This document shows positions 26,399-37,990 of a stretch of 64,000 nt of DNA, in pieces. The position numbers and the translations under genes are program-made. Under the pieces are notes generated by a model, which saw only the letters and a list, made by a program, of their open reading frames with translations, was not told the DNA's origin and made no database searches. Within the stretch, counting starts at the first letter, position 1; each line of letters begins with the position of its first letter. Source of the stretch: Malacoraja senta (Eukaryota). The DNA is taken from the NCBI GenBank assembly GCA_038087875.1, contig CM075996.1, positions 9,364,001 to 9,428,000 on the forward strand. Direction: 5' to 3'.

Positions 26399-27381
26399 GT
26401 AGTGCAGAGGACTGCGCCATCCTCAAAGTGACTGCCAACAACTGTTTAAGTGGGGACTCAACCAGGCTTAAACACAGACACGGACACCAGGGATTGCAGA
26501 TCCATGTTCTCCACAGATGCTGCCTGACCCGCTGAGTTACTCCAGCACTCTGTGAAACGTCACCTATCCATGTTCTCCACAGATGCTGCCTGACCCGCTG
26601 AGTTAATCCAGCACTTTTGTGCCTTATTCAGGCTTAAAACATGCCGTGTGTCTCTCGTCAGCCCCATTGTTAAAGGTACCCTTGTGCCCAACATGCTTAC
26701 ACCGCTGATAGCATCTCTGTTGCTTTGAGTGGCTCCTATTTGTTGTAACTAAACAGAGTACGGGAGTGATAAAAGACAGAGTGCTGGAGTAACTCAGCGG
26801 GTCAGGCAGCATCTGTGGAGAACATGGATAGGTGACGTTTCACAGAGTGCTGGAGTAACTCAATGGGTCAGGCAGCATCTCTGGAGAACGTGGATAGGTG
26901 CCATTTCGGGTCAGGACCCTTCTTTAGACCCGACACGTCACCCGATCCGCTGAGTTACTCCAGCGTTTTGCGTGTATCTTCGACGTAAAGCAGCATCCGC
27001 AGTTTGAGTCACTCTCTTGACGTCAGCTGGACGGGCTGGGGTCCTGGCTCGGATCGGACGTTGCCAGTGGCAACGGGGAAGGGGTTACAGTGCAGGTCAA
27101 TCGACTCAGTAACTATTTGCCACCAATGAGAATCACGTAAGGATGGCGTGCAACCAAACTTATTTTGCAGACAGCAAGGTGAAGAATAGAACATTAGTTC
27201 CCAAGAGTTAGTGTTGTAAGGATGACAATGATGCAATGTTCCTTGCTCAGGCCACTGTCTGCTTCCCCTTGAGATGTGTGTGTACGAGGCTGGGGGTTTG
27301 CCCTGTACACACACACTGGCAGTGGCCTTCCCGAGTGTAGGCTTGGTGTGGGAGTGATGTATTGGGAGGAGCGTGGTCAGG

Positions 27382-27465
27382 TTAACCATCGATGTCCCAG
27401 CTGAAGAGATGGTGCTTCACCAACATGTCCTGGACGCCATCTTTCAGCGGCTTCTTCTCCTTCTC
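27382..27465 (-). CDS. SGSM3: SGSM3 terminal coding exon: [27 protein letters not shown]
   Basis: ctccag acceptor and TAA stop. Matches the known SGSM3 C-terminus [22 protein letters not shown]. Confidence 0.92.
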   Translation of the reverse strand, partial: EKEKKPLKDGVQDMLVKHHLFSWDIDG

Positions 27466-27718
27466 CTGGAGAGCAAACAAAAATCATATTTATCCATTCA
27501 GAATGGATTGTCCGAAGGAGAGGATCCAGGGACGTGGTTTAGTTTAGTTACCAATACAGCGCGGAAATAGGCCCTTCAGCCCACCGAGTCGGCACCGACC
27601 AGCGATCCCCGCACACTAACACTATCCTACACACACTAGGGACAATTTACACATACATCAAGCCAATTAACCTACAAACCTGTATGACTTTGGAGTGTGG
27701 GAGGAAACCGGAGCACCA

Positions 27719-29973
27719 GATAAAACTGCAATTTGAGAAGGAGAAGGTTAAATCGGAAGTGTCAGTGATGCAGTTGAACAAAGGGGACTATGAAGGCATG
27801 AGAGGGGAGCTGGCCAAGGTAGACTGGAAAGGGATCCTAGCAGGAATGACGGTGGAACAGCAATGGCAGGAATTTCTGGGCATAATCCGGAAGACGCAGG
27901 ATCATTTCATTCCAAAAAGGAAGAAAGATTCTAAGGGGAGTAGGAGGCAGCCGTGGCTGACAAGAGAAGTTAGGGATAGAATAAAACTAAAAGAAAAGAT
28001 GTATAACACAGCAAAGAGTTGCCGGAAGCCAGAGGATTGGGAAACTTTCATAGGACAACAGAAGGAAACAAAACGGGCAATACGGGCTGAAAAGATGAAG
28101 TACGAAGGGAAGCTGGCCAGTAATATAAAGAAGGACAGTAAAAGCTTCTTTAGATATGTTAAGGGAAAAAGAGTAGCAAAGTCAAATGTGGGTCCTTTGA
28201 AGGCAGACACGGGTGAAATTATTATGGGCAACAAGGAAATGGCAGAAGAGTTGAACAGGTACTTTGGATCTGTCTTCACTAAGGAAGACACAAACAATCT
28301 CCCAGATGTACTGGAGGACAGAGGATCTAAGGGGGTAGAGGAACTGAAAGAAATTTTCATTAGGCGAGAAATAGTATTGGGTAGGCTAATGGGACTGAAG
28401 GATGATAAATCCCCTGGGCCTGATGGTCTGCATCCCAGGGTCCCTAGAAATAGTGGATGCATTGGTGATCATTTTCCAATGTTCAATAGATTCATGATCA
28501 GTTCCCGTGGATTGGAGGATAGCTAATGTTATCCCACTTTTCAAGAAAGGAGCGAGAGAGAAAACGGGGAATTACAGACCAGTTAGCCTGACTTCGGTGG
28601 TCGGAAAGATGCTGGAGTCAATTATTAAAGAGGTAATAATGGGGCATTTGGATAGCAGTAAAAGGATTAGTCCGTCAACATGGATTTATGAAAGGGAAAT
28701 CATGCTTGACGAATCTTCTGGAATTTTTTGAGGATGTGACAAGTAAAATGGATGCAGGGGTGCCAGTGGATGTAGTGTATCTAGACTTTCAGAAAGCCTT
28801 TGATAAGGTCCCACACGGGAGACTGGTGACTAAAATTAGAGCACATGGTATTGGGGGTAGGGTGTTGACATGGATAGAAAATTGGTTGGCAGACTGGAAG
28901 CAATGAGTAGGAGTGAACGGGTCCTTTTCAGAATGGCAGGCAGTGGCGAGTGGAGTGCCGCAAGGCTCGGTGTTGGGGCCTCAACTGTTTACCATATATA
29001 TTAATGATTTGGAAGAGGGAATTAGGTGCAACACTAGCAAGTTTGCGGATGACACAAAGCTGGGTGGCAGTGTGAATTGTGAAGAGGATGTTAGGAGGTT
29101 GCAGGGTGACCTGGAAAGGTTGAGTGAGTGGGCAGATGCGTGGCAGATGCAGTATAATATAGACAAATGTGAGGTTATCCACTTTGGCGGCAAAAACAAG
29201 GGGGCAGATTATTATCTCAATGGGGTTAGGTTAGGTAAGGGGGAGGCGCAGCGAGACCTGGGAGTCCTTGTACACCGGTCACTGAAAGTTGGGTTACAGG
29301 TGCAGCAGGCAGTGAAGAAAGCTAATGGAATGTTGGCCTTCATAACTAGAGGATTTCAGTATAGGAGTAAAGAGGTTCTTCTGCAGTTGTATAGGGCTCT
29401 GGTGAGACCACATCTGGAGTATTGTGTAAAATTTTGGTCTCCTAATTTGAGGAAGGACATCCTTGTGATTGAGGCAGTGCAGCGTAGGTTCACAAGATTG
29501 ATCCCTGGGATGGCGGGACTGTCATATGAGGAAAGATTGAAAAGACTAGGCTTGTATTCATTGGAGTTTAGAAGGATGAGGGGGTATCTTATAGAAACAT
29601 ATAAAATTATAAAAGGACTGGACAAGCTAGATGCAGGAAAAATGTTCCCAATGTTGGGCGAGTCCAGAACCAGGGGCCACAGTCTTAGAATAAAGGGGAG
29701 GTCATTTAAGACTGAGGTGAGAAAAAACTTTTCCACCCAGAGAGTTGTGAATTTGTGGAATTCCCTGCCACAGAGGGCAGTGGAGGCCAAGTCACTGGAT
29801 GGATTTAAGAGAGAGTTAGATAGAGTTCTAGGGGCTAGTGGAGTCAAGGGATATGGGGAGAAGGCAGGCACGGGTTATTGATAGGGGACGATCAGCCATG
29901 ATCACAATGAATGGCGGTGCTGGCTCGAAGGGCCGAGTGGCCTCCTCATGCACCAATTTTTTATGTTTCTATG
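27719..29973 (+). mobile_element. CR1-clade LINE (HER1-like), 5'-truncated ORF2 with RT domain, disrupted; inserted into a SINE
   Basis: ORFs 27684-28526, 28507-28731, 28688-28906 and 28913-29881 give KSPGPDG, NYRPVSLTS, YLDFQKAFDKVPH, GVPQGSVLGP and KFADD. There are frameshifts and a stop, plus a 3' tail ending TTTCTATGT. The SINE halves at 27537-27718 and 29974-30098 rejoin across it. Confidence 0.92.
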
Positions 29974-30354
29974 TAAAACACACGCAGGTCACGGGGAGAA
30001 CGTGCAAACTCCTTACATACAGCACCCGTAGTCGGGATTGAACCCGGGTCTCTGGCGCTGTGAGGCAGCGACTCTACCGCTGTGCCACCGTGCTGCCCTC
30101 TGCGGTGTGGAATCAGCTGAGGCCCCGAGTTTGACTCACTCCCTCCTGAGGCGTCAACAGCAGCAACTAACGGAGCTCAAGCTCAGCCACGGCGCCGACA
30201 CAGACTCACACGGCACAGCAACACATCCCACGACTGTCCCCCATCCCCTCCCCACACCAGTCCTCCCCACCACACCACACCCCTTCCCACCACACCCCTC
30301 CCCTCGCCACCCCTCCCCTCGCCACCTCTCCCCTCCCCTCCCCATGCCACCCAT

Positions 30355-30605
30355 GTTCTCACACTCTCACACACGCACTCTCACGCACGCACTCTCACAC
30401 GCACTCACTCTCACACACTCACACGCACTCTCACACGCACTCACACACACACTCTCACACACTCTCACACACTCTCACACTCACACGCACACACTCTCAC
30501 ACACTCACACACACTCTCACGCACTCACACTCTCACACACGCTCACGCACTCTCTCACACTCTCACACACACTCACACACAGCGTGACACTCACAAACAG
30601 ACACA
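30355..30605. repeat. (CA/CT)-rich compound microsatellite
   Basis: Directly visible. Confidence 0.9.
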
Positions 30606-30639
30606 GCTCAGGGTTGATGAATGGATGGTTTTACTTTAC

Positions 30640-30700
30640 CTCCTTCTTGACGGGCAGCTCCCAGTCCTGTGAGAGACTGAATGCAAACCTGGACAGCACC
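30640..30700 (-). CDS. SGSM3: SGSM3 exon (61 nt): (R)VLSRFAFSLSQDWELPVKKE
   Basis: ctgcag|G...GAG|gtaaag, phase 2/0. FAFSLSQDWELP motif. Confidence 0.92.
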
Positions 30701-31040
30701 CTGCAGGACAGAGGAGGGGGGGGGGGGGGAGTGTTCAGTAGACCTGCGGTGCCCTGCATGCAGAGGTTACATGGAGCAGAGGTGACCGTGGACTGGAGCT
30801 CTCCACACACCCTCTCAGCAGGGAGCGGGGGCAAAGCCTGGACAGTTCAGTTTAGTTTATTGTCACAGTGAAGAGCTTTTGTTGCGTGCTAACCAGCCAG
30901 CGGAAAGACAATACATGATTACAATCGAGCCATTTACAGTGTACAGATACATGATAAAGGGAATAGCATTTAGTGCAAGGTAACGCCAGCAAGAAATGTT
31001 GCTGTAGGAGTAGAGATTCAAAAGAGAGGAGCAATTATAA

Positions 31041-31255
31041 AGCCCCTGTCCCACTTTCACGACCTTTTATACTCGTGGACATTTTTCATCATGTTGAAAA
31101 AACGCCCCGACCTACTTGATGCCACGAGTACCTACGACTAGCATCACGACCTGCTACGACCTACCTACGACCTCGTGACGACCATGCTGCGAGTATGAGT
31201 CAAGGGCAAACTCGTCAGAGGTCGTGAATTAGGTCGTGAAAGTGGGACAGGCCCT
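31041..31255. mobile_element. PIF/Harbinger-type MITE
   Basis: TIRs AGCCCCTGTCCCACTTTCACGACCT / AGGTCGTGAAAGTGGGACAGGCCCT. TAA TSD on both sides. Confidence 0.85.
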
Positions 31256-32346
31256 TAAGTCTGAAGAAGGGTCTTGACCCGAAATGTCACCCATTCCTTT
31301 TCTCCAGAGATGCTGCCTGACCCGCTGAGTTACTCCAGCGTTTTGTGTCTATCTGGGGTGATGGTAATGAGCGGTTGCAGATCCACTTCTGTGATGAGAC
31401 GCCAGGGTTGGGCGACATCTTCAGTGAGTGAGCGACTGATCAAGGTCAGTTATTCTTCAATGCTGCAATGCTAATCTCCATTGAAGATGAATAGGCAGAG
31501 GTGGACAGAGACAGCAGCAGGAATGCTGGCCCTTCACACTATAATGGCAGAGGTACTGCTCTTCTCTGCTACAGGCGATCAGGTTGCAGCCATTTAATCT
31601 GGCCGTGTTACTCATTCCGCTATCCTTTGGTTTAGTTTAGAGATACAGCACGGAGACAGGCCCTTCGGCCTACCGTGTCCGCGCCGACCACCGATCCCCA
31701 CACACTAGCACTATCTTACACACACCTGGGTTTTCCCCGCCTGCTCCGGTTTCCTCCCACACTCCAAAGACGTGCAAGGTTTGCAGGTTAAATGGCTTCC
31801 GTAAAATTGTAAATTGTCCCTCGTGTGTGTAGGATACTGCTAGTGTAGGGGGATCGCAGGACAGCGCGGACCCGGTGGGCCAGGGGGCCTGTTTCCACGC
31901 TCTCTAAAAAGTGTCTGTTGTGTGCAATAGCTCCACGACAGTAGATCTGGGCGTGTAGGGACGAGAGAGTGTGGGGGTGGGGATGAGAGAGTGTGGGAGT
32001 GTGGGATAAGAGAGTGTGGGGGTGGGGATGAGAGAGTGTGGGAGTGTGGGATAAGAGAGTGTGGGGGTGTGGGATGAGAGAGTGTGGGGTTGTGCAGGGC
32101 TTGAAATTAATGGTTGCCCGGGTGCCAATGGCCACCTAATGACCCGCCGGGCAACCTAAAGTTGTGTCATTTTGCCCTGCTTGGCAAGCACCCGGGACAC
32201 CTGCCATTCAACTCTGAGCGGGCCCCCCTCTCTATCTCTCTCTCTGTCTGTCACTCTCCGTCTCTGCCCGCCATCCGTATCCCGTGTCCTGGCCGCCGGG
32301 TCTCCGCTCTCCGCCCGCTCCTCATCCGCCGGCATGGCCGGCTGCC

Positions 32347-32530
32347 TTGCACATGCGCACTTGCTATGGCCAGCACATCATCGACCGCCCTGCGCATGCG
32401 CACAACCACGGCCAGCACATCATTGGCCGCCCTGTGCATGCGCAAAACCACGGCCAGCACATCCTCCCCCCTGCACATGCGCACAACCACGGCCAGCACA
32501 TCATCGACCGCCCTGCACATGCGCACTGCC
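32347..32530. repeat. About 42-bp GC-rich tandem repeat x~4.5 with TGCGCATGCGCA-like cores
   Basis: Unit CATGCGCACAACCACGGCCAGCACATCATCGACCGCCCTGC(G/A). Confidence 0.85.
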
Positions 32531-33441
32531 ACGGCAACTGGTTGGCGCTGGGCACTTTCTCTCTCCCTTTGCATTGTGGGAGATCTGGCTGCCATTGCTG
32601 TCCAGTCGCCGCCTTGCCGCGACCGCTGAAAACCAACGCAGAATCACTCCCTGGAGCTGGAGTAACTCCCTAGAGTAAACTCTTGCTTCTTGGTTTTCCT
32701 GGTCCTCCAAAAAGATTCTAAATGGAATTAAACTGGAGGTGGTGGAGGGGTCCATCACCAAACTCCAAACTCTGAACAATAACAGCCTATTGCACTTTAT
32801 CTGTTTATTTATTGTGTATATATATGGTCTATGATATATAAACACATTTATCTCCTGTTCTGTATTATGTTTACAATACCCTGTTGTGCTGCAGCAAGCA
32901 AGAATGGCATTGTCCTATCTGGGACACATGACACTAAAACTCTCTTGACTCTTGACTTAAGCAAAAAAGGGTTCTTGGGGAAAAAAGAGGTACCTTAAAT
33001 GTAGTTGCGTCTGGTTGGGTAACTATGGTAGGGTGAAGACTATTCCATGCTTTAATTGTGCGGGGGAACGCCATGGAGCAGCCAGCAACTCTGGATAGAA
33101 GAAATTGGGTGACGTTTCGAGTAGAGACCTTTCTTTAGACTCCCTCTGGCGTTAGTGTTTTTAGTTTAATTTAAAGATACAGCGTGGAAACAGACCCTTC
33201 GGCCCACCGAGTCCCACGCCGACTACCGATCACCCATACACTAGTTCTATCCCACACATTAGCGACGTAAGTCAAGAGTCAAGAGAGTTTTATTCTCTCA
33301 CGTACCAGTTAGAACAATGAAATCCTTACTTGCAGCAGCACAACAGAATATGTAAACATAGTACTCTGAAACAATGTTATAAACGAGAAAACAAAACGGT
33401 GTATATTTATATATGAATATATAACTATATAAATATATATA

Positions 33442-34438
33442 CAGTGGCTTGCAAAATTATTCATACCCCTTGAACTTTTCCACATTTTGTCACGTTACAA
33501 CCACAAACGTAAATGTATTTTATTGGGAATTTATGTGATAGACCAACACAAAGTGGCGCATAATTGTGAAGTGGAAGGAAAATGATACATGGTTTTCAAA
33601 TTTTTTTACAAATAAAAAACTGAAAAGTGTGGCGTGCAAAGGTATTCAGCCCCCTTTACTCTGATACCCCTAAATAAAATCCAGTGCAACCAATTGCCTT
33701 CAGAAGTCACCTAATTAGTAAATAGAGTCCACTTGTGTGTAATCTAATCTCAGTATAAATACAGCTGTTCTGTGAAGGCCTCAGAGGTTTGTTAGAGAAC
33801 ATTAGTGAACAAACAGCATCATGAAGCCCAAGGAACACACCAGACAGGTCAGGGATAAAGTTGTGGAGAAGTTTAAAGCAGGGTTAGGTTATAAAAAATA
33901 TCCCAAGCTTTGAACATCTCACGGAGCACTGTTCAATCCATCATCCGAAAATGGAAAGAGTATGGCACAACTGCAAACCTACCAAGACATGGCCGTCCAC
34001 CTAAACTGACAGGCCGGGCAAGGAGAGCATTGAAAATCTCTGGCAAGACTTGAAAATTGCTGTTCACAGACGCTCTCCATCCAATCTGACTGAGCTTGAG
34101 CTATTTTGCAAAGAAGAATGGCAAAGATTTCAGTCTCTAGATGTGCAAAGCTGGTAGAGACATACCCCAAAAGACTTGCAGCTGTAATTGCAGCGAAAGG
34201 TGGTTCTACAAAGTATTGACTCAGGGGGCTGAATACTTTTGCACACGACACTTTTCAGTTTTTTTATTTGTAAAAAAAAATTGAAAACCATGTATCATTT
34301 TCCTTCCACTTCACAATTATGCGCCACTTTGTGTTGGTCTATCACATAAAATCCCAATAAAATACATTTACGTTTGTGGTTGTAATGTAACAAAATGTGG
34401 AAAAGTTCAAGGGGTATGAATACTTTTGCAAGCCACAG
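33442..34438 (+). mobile_element. Tc1-family transposon, IR/DR type, internally deleted (no DDE core)
   Basis: TA flanks and about 215-bp TIRs starting CAGTGGCTTGCAAAA. Transposase remnants read MKPKEHTRQVRDKVVEKFKAGLGYKK..STVQSIIRKWKEYGTTANLPRHGRPPKL from 33821, joined near 34030 to IENLWQDLKIAVHRRSPSNLTELELFCKEEW..LAAVIAAKGGSTKY* (stop 34217-34219). Confidence 0.92.
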
Positions 34439-35167
34439 TATATATGTGTGTGTGTGTGTATATAATATATATACACACACACACAATTTCCCTCCTGTGA
34501 TTAATAAAGTTCTATCGTATAGTATCGTGTGTGTAGGAAGGAACTGCAGATGCTAGTTTAAACTGAAGATAGACACAAAAAGCTGGAGTAACTCAACAGG
34601 TCAGACAGAATCTCTGGACAAAAGGAAAATATTACGTTTTGGGTTGGGTGTGAAATAGGTTCCTGCACACCTTTGGAATGTGGAAGGAAACAAGAGCACC
34701 TGGAGAAAAGAGAAAAGGGGTAAACTCCATGCAGACAGCACCCATATTCAGGATCAATGGCACTTTTAGGCAGCAACTTTATGGTCAATGTACCCATTGT
34801 CTTGAACTGAATTAAAACATACAGTAGCTGTAAAGGGGAACATAGCGTCACTTAGAGATTTAAGACTGAAAATGGATAGTTTCTTGTTTTTAGTAACCAA
34901 AGTTATCAACGTATAATTTTTTGTGTGTTGGAAAACAAAATATAGTGGCACAGCTGGTAGACTTGCTGCCTCACACACCAGAGATCTGTGTTTGATCCTG
35001 TCCTCGGGCACTGTGTGTTGAATTTGCACATTCTCCCTGCAAGTGTGTGGGTTTCCTCCCACATCCCAAGGATGCATTGGCTTTGTAGGTTAACTTGTCT
35101 CTGTAAAATTGCCCCTAATGTGTAGGGAGTGGGTGAGGAACGTGGGATAACAGAACTTGTGTGAATG

Positions 35168-35606
35168 GGTAGACAAAAATGCTGGAGAAACTCAGCAGGT
35201 GAGGCAGCATCTATGGAGCGAAGGAAATAGGCGACGTTTTGGGTCGAGACCCTTCTTCAGACTGATGTGAGGGTGGGGGGGAACGGGAAGAAGAATGGAA
35301 GAGGCGGAGACAGTGGGCTGAGGGAGAGCTGGGAAGGGGAGGAGAAAGCAGGGACTACCTGAAGTCGGAGAAGTCATTATTCATACCGCTGGGGTGTAAA
35401 CTACCCAAGCAAAATATGAGGTGCTGCTCCTTTAATTTACAGTGGGCCTCACTCTGGCCACGGAGGAGGCCCAGGACAGAAAAGTTGGATTCGGAATGGG
35501 AAGGGGAGTTGAAGTGCTGAGCCACCGGGAGATCAGGTTGGTTATTGCGAACTGAGTGGAGGTGTTGTGTGAAGCGATCGCCAAGCCTGCGCTTGGTCTC
35601 ACCGAG
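35168..35606 (-). mobile_element. Penelope-like fragment (GIY-YIG C-terminus plus pseudo-LTR)
   Basis: ORF 35355-35675 contains GETKRRLGDRF..VAQHFNSPSH. Confidence 0.85.
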
Positions 35607-36153
35607 GTTCATCATACGCTGAATAATCCAACCACATTTCTGTTTGGAAGTGGAAAGAAATAATAGAAATTGCATTCATTGCAACGTGTAAAAAGACTTG
35701 AGATACTGTATTATAATTTTGCTGCATGTCATTGTGGGATATATCATGTCTTGATTGGTGAATATGTTTAGTTTGTGACTTTATTTGAAGCAGAAATAAT
35801 ATGTGAATGCTTCATTGAGCATAATTCCGACTGGTAACTACACACTTCGTCCGAGCACATTATCGCACGCGTCATGCAAGCCGTCTTAAATGATCACCTA
35901 AACTGTCATTTGGCAACCTACAAAGCTGCCTAGGTTGCCCGGCTGGCAACAGGGAACAAAAGTTAAGCGTGAATCCTGGTGTGGGATAAGAGTGTGGGGG
36001 TGTGGGATAAGAGAGTGTGGGGGGGTGGGATAAGAGAGTGTGGGGGGGTGGGATAAGAGAGTGTGGGGGTGTGGGATAAGAGAGTGTGGGGGTGTGGGAT
36101 AAGAGTGTGGGGGTGTGGGACGAGAGAGAGTGGGGGTGAGAGCCAGTTCTTAC

Positions 36154-36276
36154 CTCAGTTCACACTTGATCTGGACCCAGCCTGGGCTGCGTAGGAAAGA
36201 CCATGGCTGGTACCACTTTTCGACGGTCTGCATGCTGGAACAGAGGACCTCCAGCCAGAGGGGCAGCACCTGCTCA
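36154..36276 (-). CDS. SGSM3: SGSM3 RUN-domain exon (123 nt): (N)[40 protein letters not shown](R)
   Basis: gtgtag|T...AG|gtaag, phase 2/2. [21 protein letters not shown] is conserved in SGSM3. Confidence 0.93.
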
Positions 36277-36491
36277 CTACACAAAGACGAGGTCTGTTAG
36301 ACATCCCACCGGGTAGCATCGGAAATGAAGGAGAGCAGAGAAGGCGTCAAGTATCAGCAGGAATCAGAGCGATGAGCCTCGAATACCAAGCTGATGATCA
36401 CACTGGGGATTGCCACACTATCACAAGAGTGCTCAGATCACAGATGTACGGAGCTCCATGTCATCTGCAGAAAACGGGCAACCACAATTTG

Positions 36492-37022
36492 CGGCACGGT
36501 GGCGCAGCGGTAGAGTTGCTGCCTCACTGCGCTCACTGCGTCAGAGACCCGGGTTCGATCCTGACCACGGGTGCTGTCTGTATGGAGTTTGCACGTTCTC
36601 AGCGTAACCTGCATGGATTTTCTCCGGGTGCTCCGGTTTCCTCCCACACTCCAAAGACGTACAAGTTTGTAGGTTAGTCGGCTTGGTATAAATGTAAATT
36701 GTCCCTGGTGTGTGTAGAGTGGTGTTAGTGTGCGGGGATTGCTGGTGGGCCGAAGGGCCTGTTCCCACCGAGTCCGCGCCGACCAGCGATCCACGCACAT
36801 TAACACTATCCCACACACACACTAGGGACAATTTACAATCTTGACCAAGCCAATTTACCAAGCCAAAAACCTGTAGGTCTTTGTAGTGTGGGAGGAAACC
36901 GGGGCTCCCGCAGAAAACCCACGCAGGTCACGTGGAGAACGTACAAACTCCGTACAGACAGCACCCGTAGTCAAGATCGAACCCGGGTCTCTGGCCCTGT
37001 GAGGCAACAACTCTACCGCTGG
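36492..37022. mobile_element. Two HE1-like SINEs fused tail-to-tail (+ 36492-36763, - 36764-37022)
   Basis: A tRNA-like head GGCACGGTGGCGCAGCGGTAGAG...GGTTCGATCC on the left and its reverse complement on the right. Confidence 0.85.
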
Positions 37023-37442
37023 GCGTTATTGTTGAATTATTTAAGAGATGCATTACTGACAGGGCTGCAGCTCCAAGAACCTTCACAAAGCCATCCTCGC
37101 TTGCTGAGGACTCTGCCCTCTGCTGGCCACGTCTGCAACAACAAGCCCGAGTGAGAAAGTTGTTTAGGAAGGAACTGCAGATGCTGGTTTATCCCAATGA
37201 GACTCAGGCTCGTTGTTCCAGAAGTGGCCAGCAGAGGGCAGAACGAGACACACAAAATGCCCCTCCAGTTCTTAATACCCTGATTCTTTATTCTCCTATC
37301 CTGGGGAAAAGGTCTGCTCATTAATCTCAGCTACAGTTTTGTTTATTCTCACGTGCACCATGGTACAGTGAACAGCTTTTGTTGCGTGATATCCAGTCAG
37401 CAGAAAGGCATTACATGATTGCAATCAAGCCATTTACAGTGT

Positions 37443-37990
37443 AGACAATAGACAACAGGTGCAGGAGTAGGCCATTCGGCCCTTCGAGCCAGCACCGCCA
37501 TACAATGTGACCATGGCTGATCATCCCCAATCAGTACCCCGTTCCTGCCTTCTCCCCATATCCCCTGACTCCGCTATCTTTAAGAGCCCTATCTAGCTCT
37601 CTCTTGAAAGCATCCAGAGAACCTGCCTCCACCGCCCTCTGAGGCAGAGAATTCCACAGACTCACCACTCTCTGTGAGAAAAAGTGTTTCCTCGTCTCCG
37701 TTCTAAATGGCTTACCCCTTATTCTTAAACTGTGGCCCCTGGTTCTGGACTCCCCCAACATCGGGAACATGTTTTTTGCCTGAGCGTGTCCAAACCCTTA
37801 ACAATCTTATGTGTTTCAATAAGATCCACTCTCATCCTTCTAAACTCCAGAGTGTACAAGCCCAGCCGCTCCATTCTCTCAGCATATGACAGTCCCACCA
37901 TCCCGGGAATTAACCTTGTAAACCTACGCTGCATTCCCTCAATAGCAAGAATGTCCTTCCTCAAATTAGGGGACCAAAACTGCACACAGA
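37443..37990 (-). mobile_element. CR1 LINE 3' fragment
   Basis: ORFs 37531-37770 and 37725-38054. Confidence 0.85.

Larger units (their letters stand above)
32095..35978. mobile_element. Non-autonomous TIR DNA transposon (hAT-like ends) carrying nested Tc1, SINE, LINE and Penelope pieces
   Basis: Ends CAGGGCTTGAAATTAA... and ...TTAAGCGTGAATCCTG. Subterminal GGTTGCCCGG/GGCAACCT motifs occur at both ends. Confidence 0.6.
31960..36140. repeat. G-rich minisatellite (about GAGTGTGGGGGTGTGGGATAAGA) split into 31960-32094 and 35979-36140 by a composite transposon
   Basis: The same unit appears on both sides of the 32095-35978 insertion. Confidence 0.8.

Noticed and set aside
28913..29881. 322-aa reverse transcriptase ORF as an active or domesticated gene
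   Set aside because: Part of a 5'-truncated CR1 with upstream frameshifts and a stop, and no endonuclease domain.
30038..30871. 277-aa His/Thr/Leu-rich ORF
   Set aside because: It translates a SINE end plus microsatellite and is antisense to a real SGSM3 exon.
32114..32678. Overlapping ORFs in several frames
   Set aside because: These come from a GC-rich 42-bp repeat that lacks stop codons. No protein similarity recognised.
36492..36565. tRNA-like sequences
   Set aside because: These are SINE heads continuing into the SINE body, not tRNA genes.
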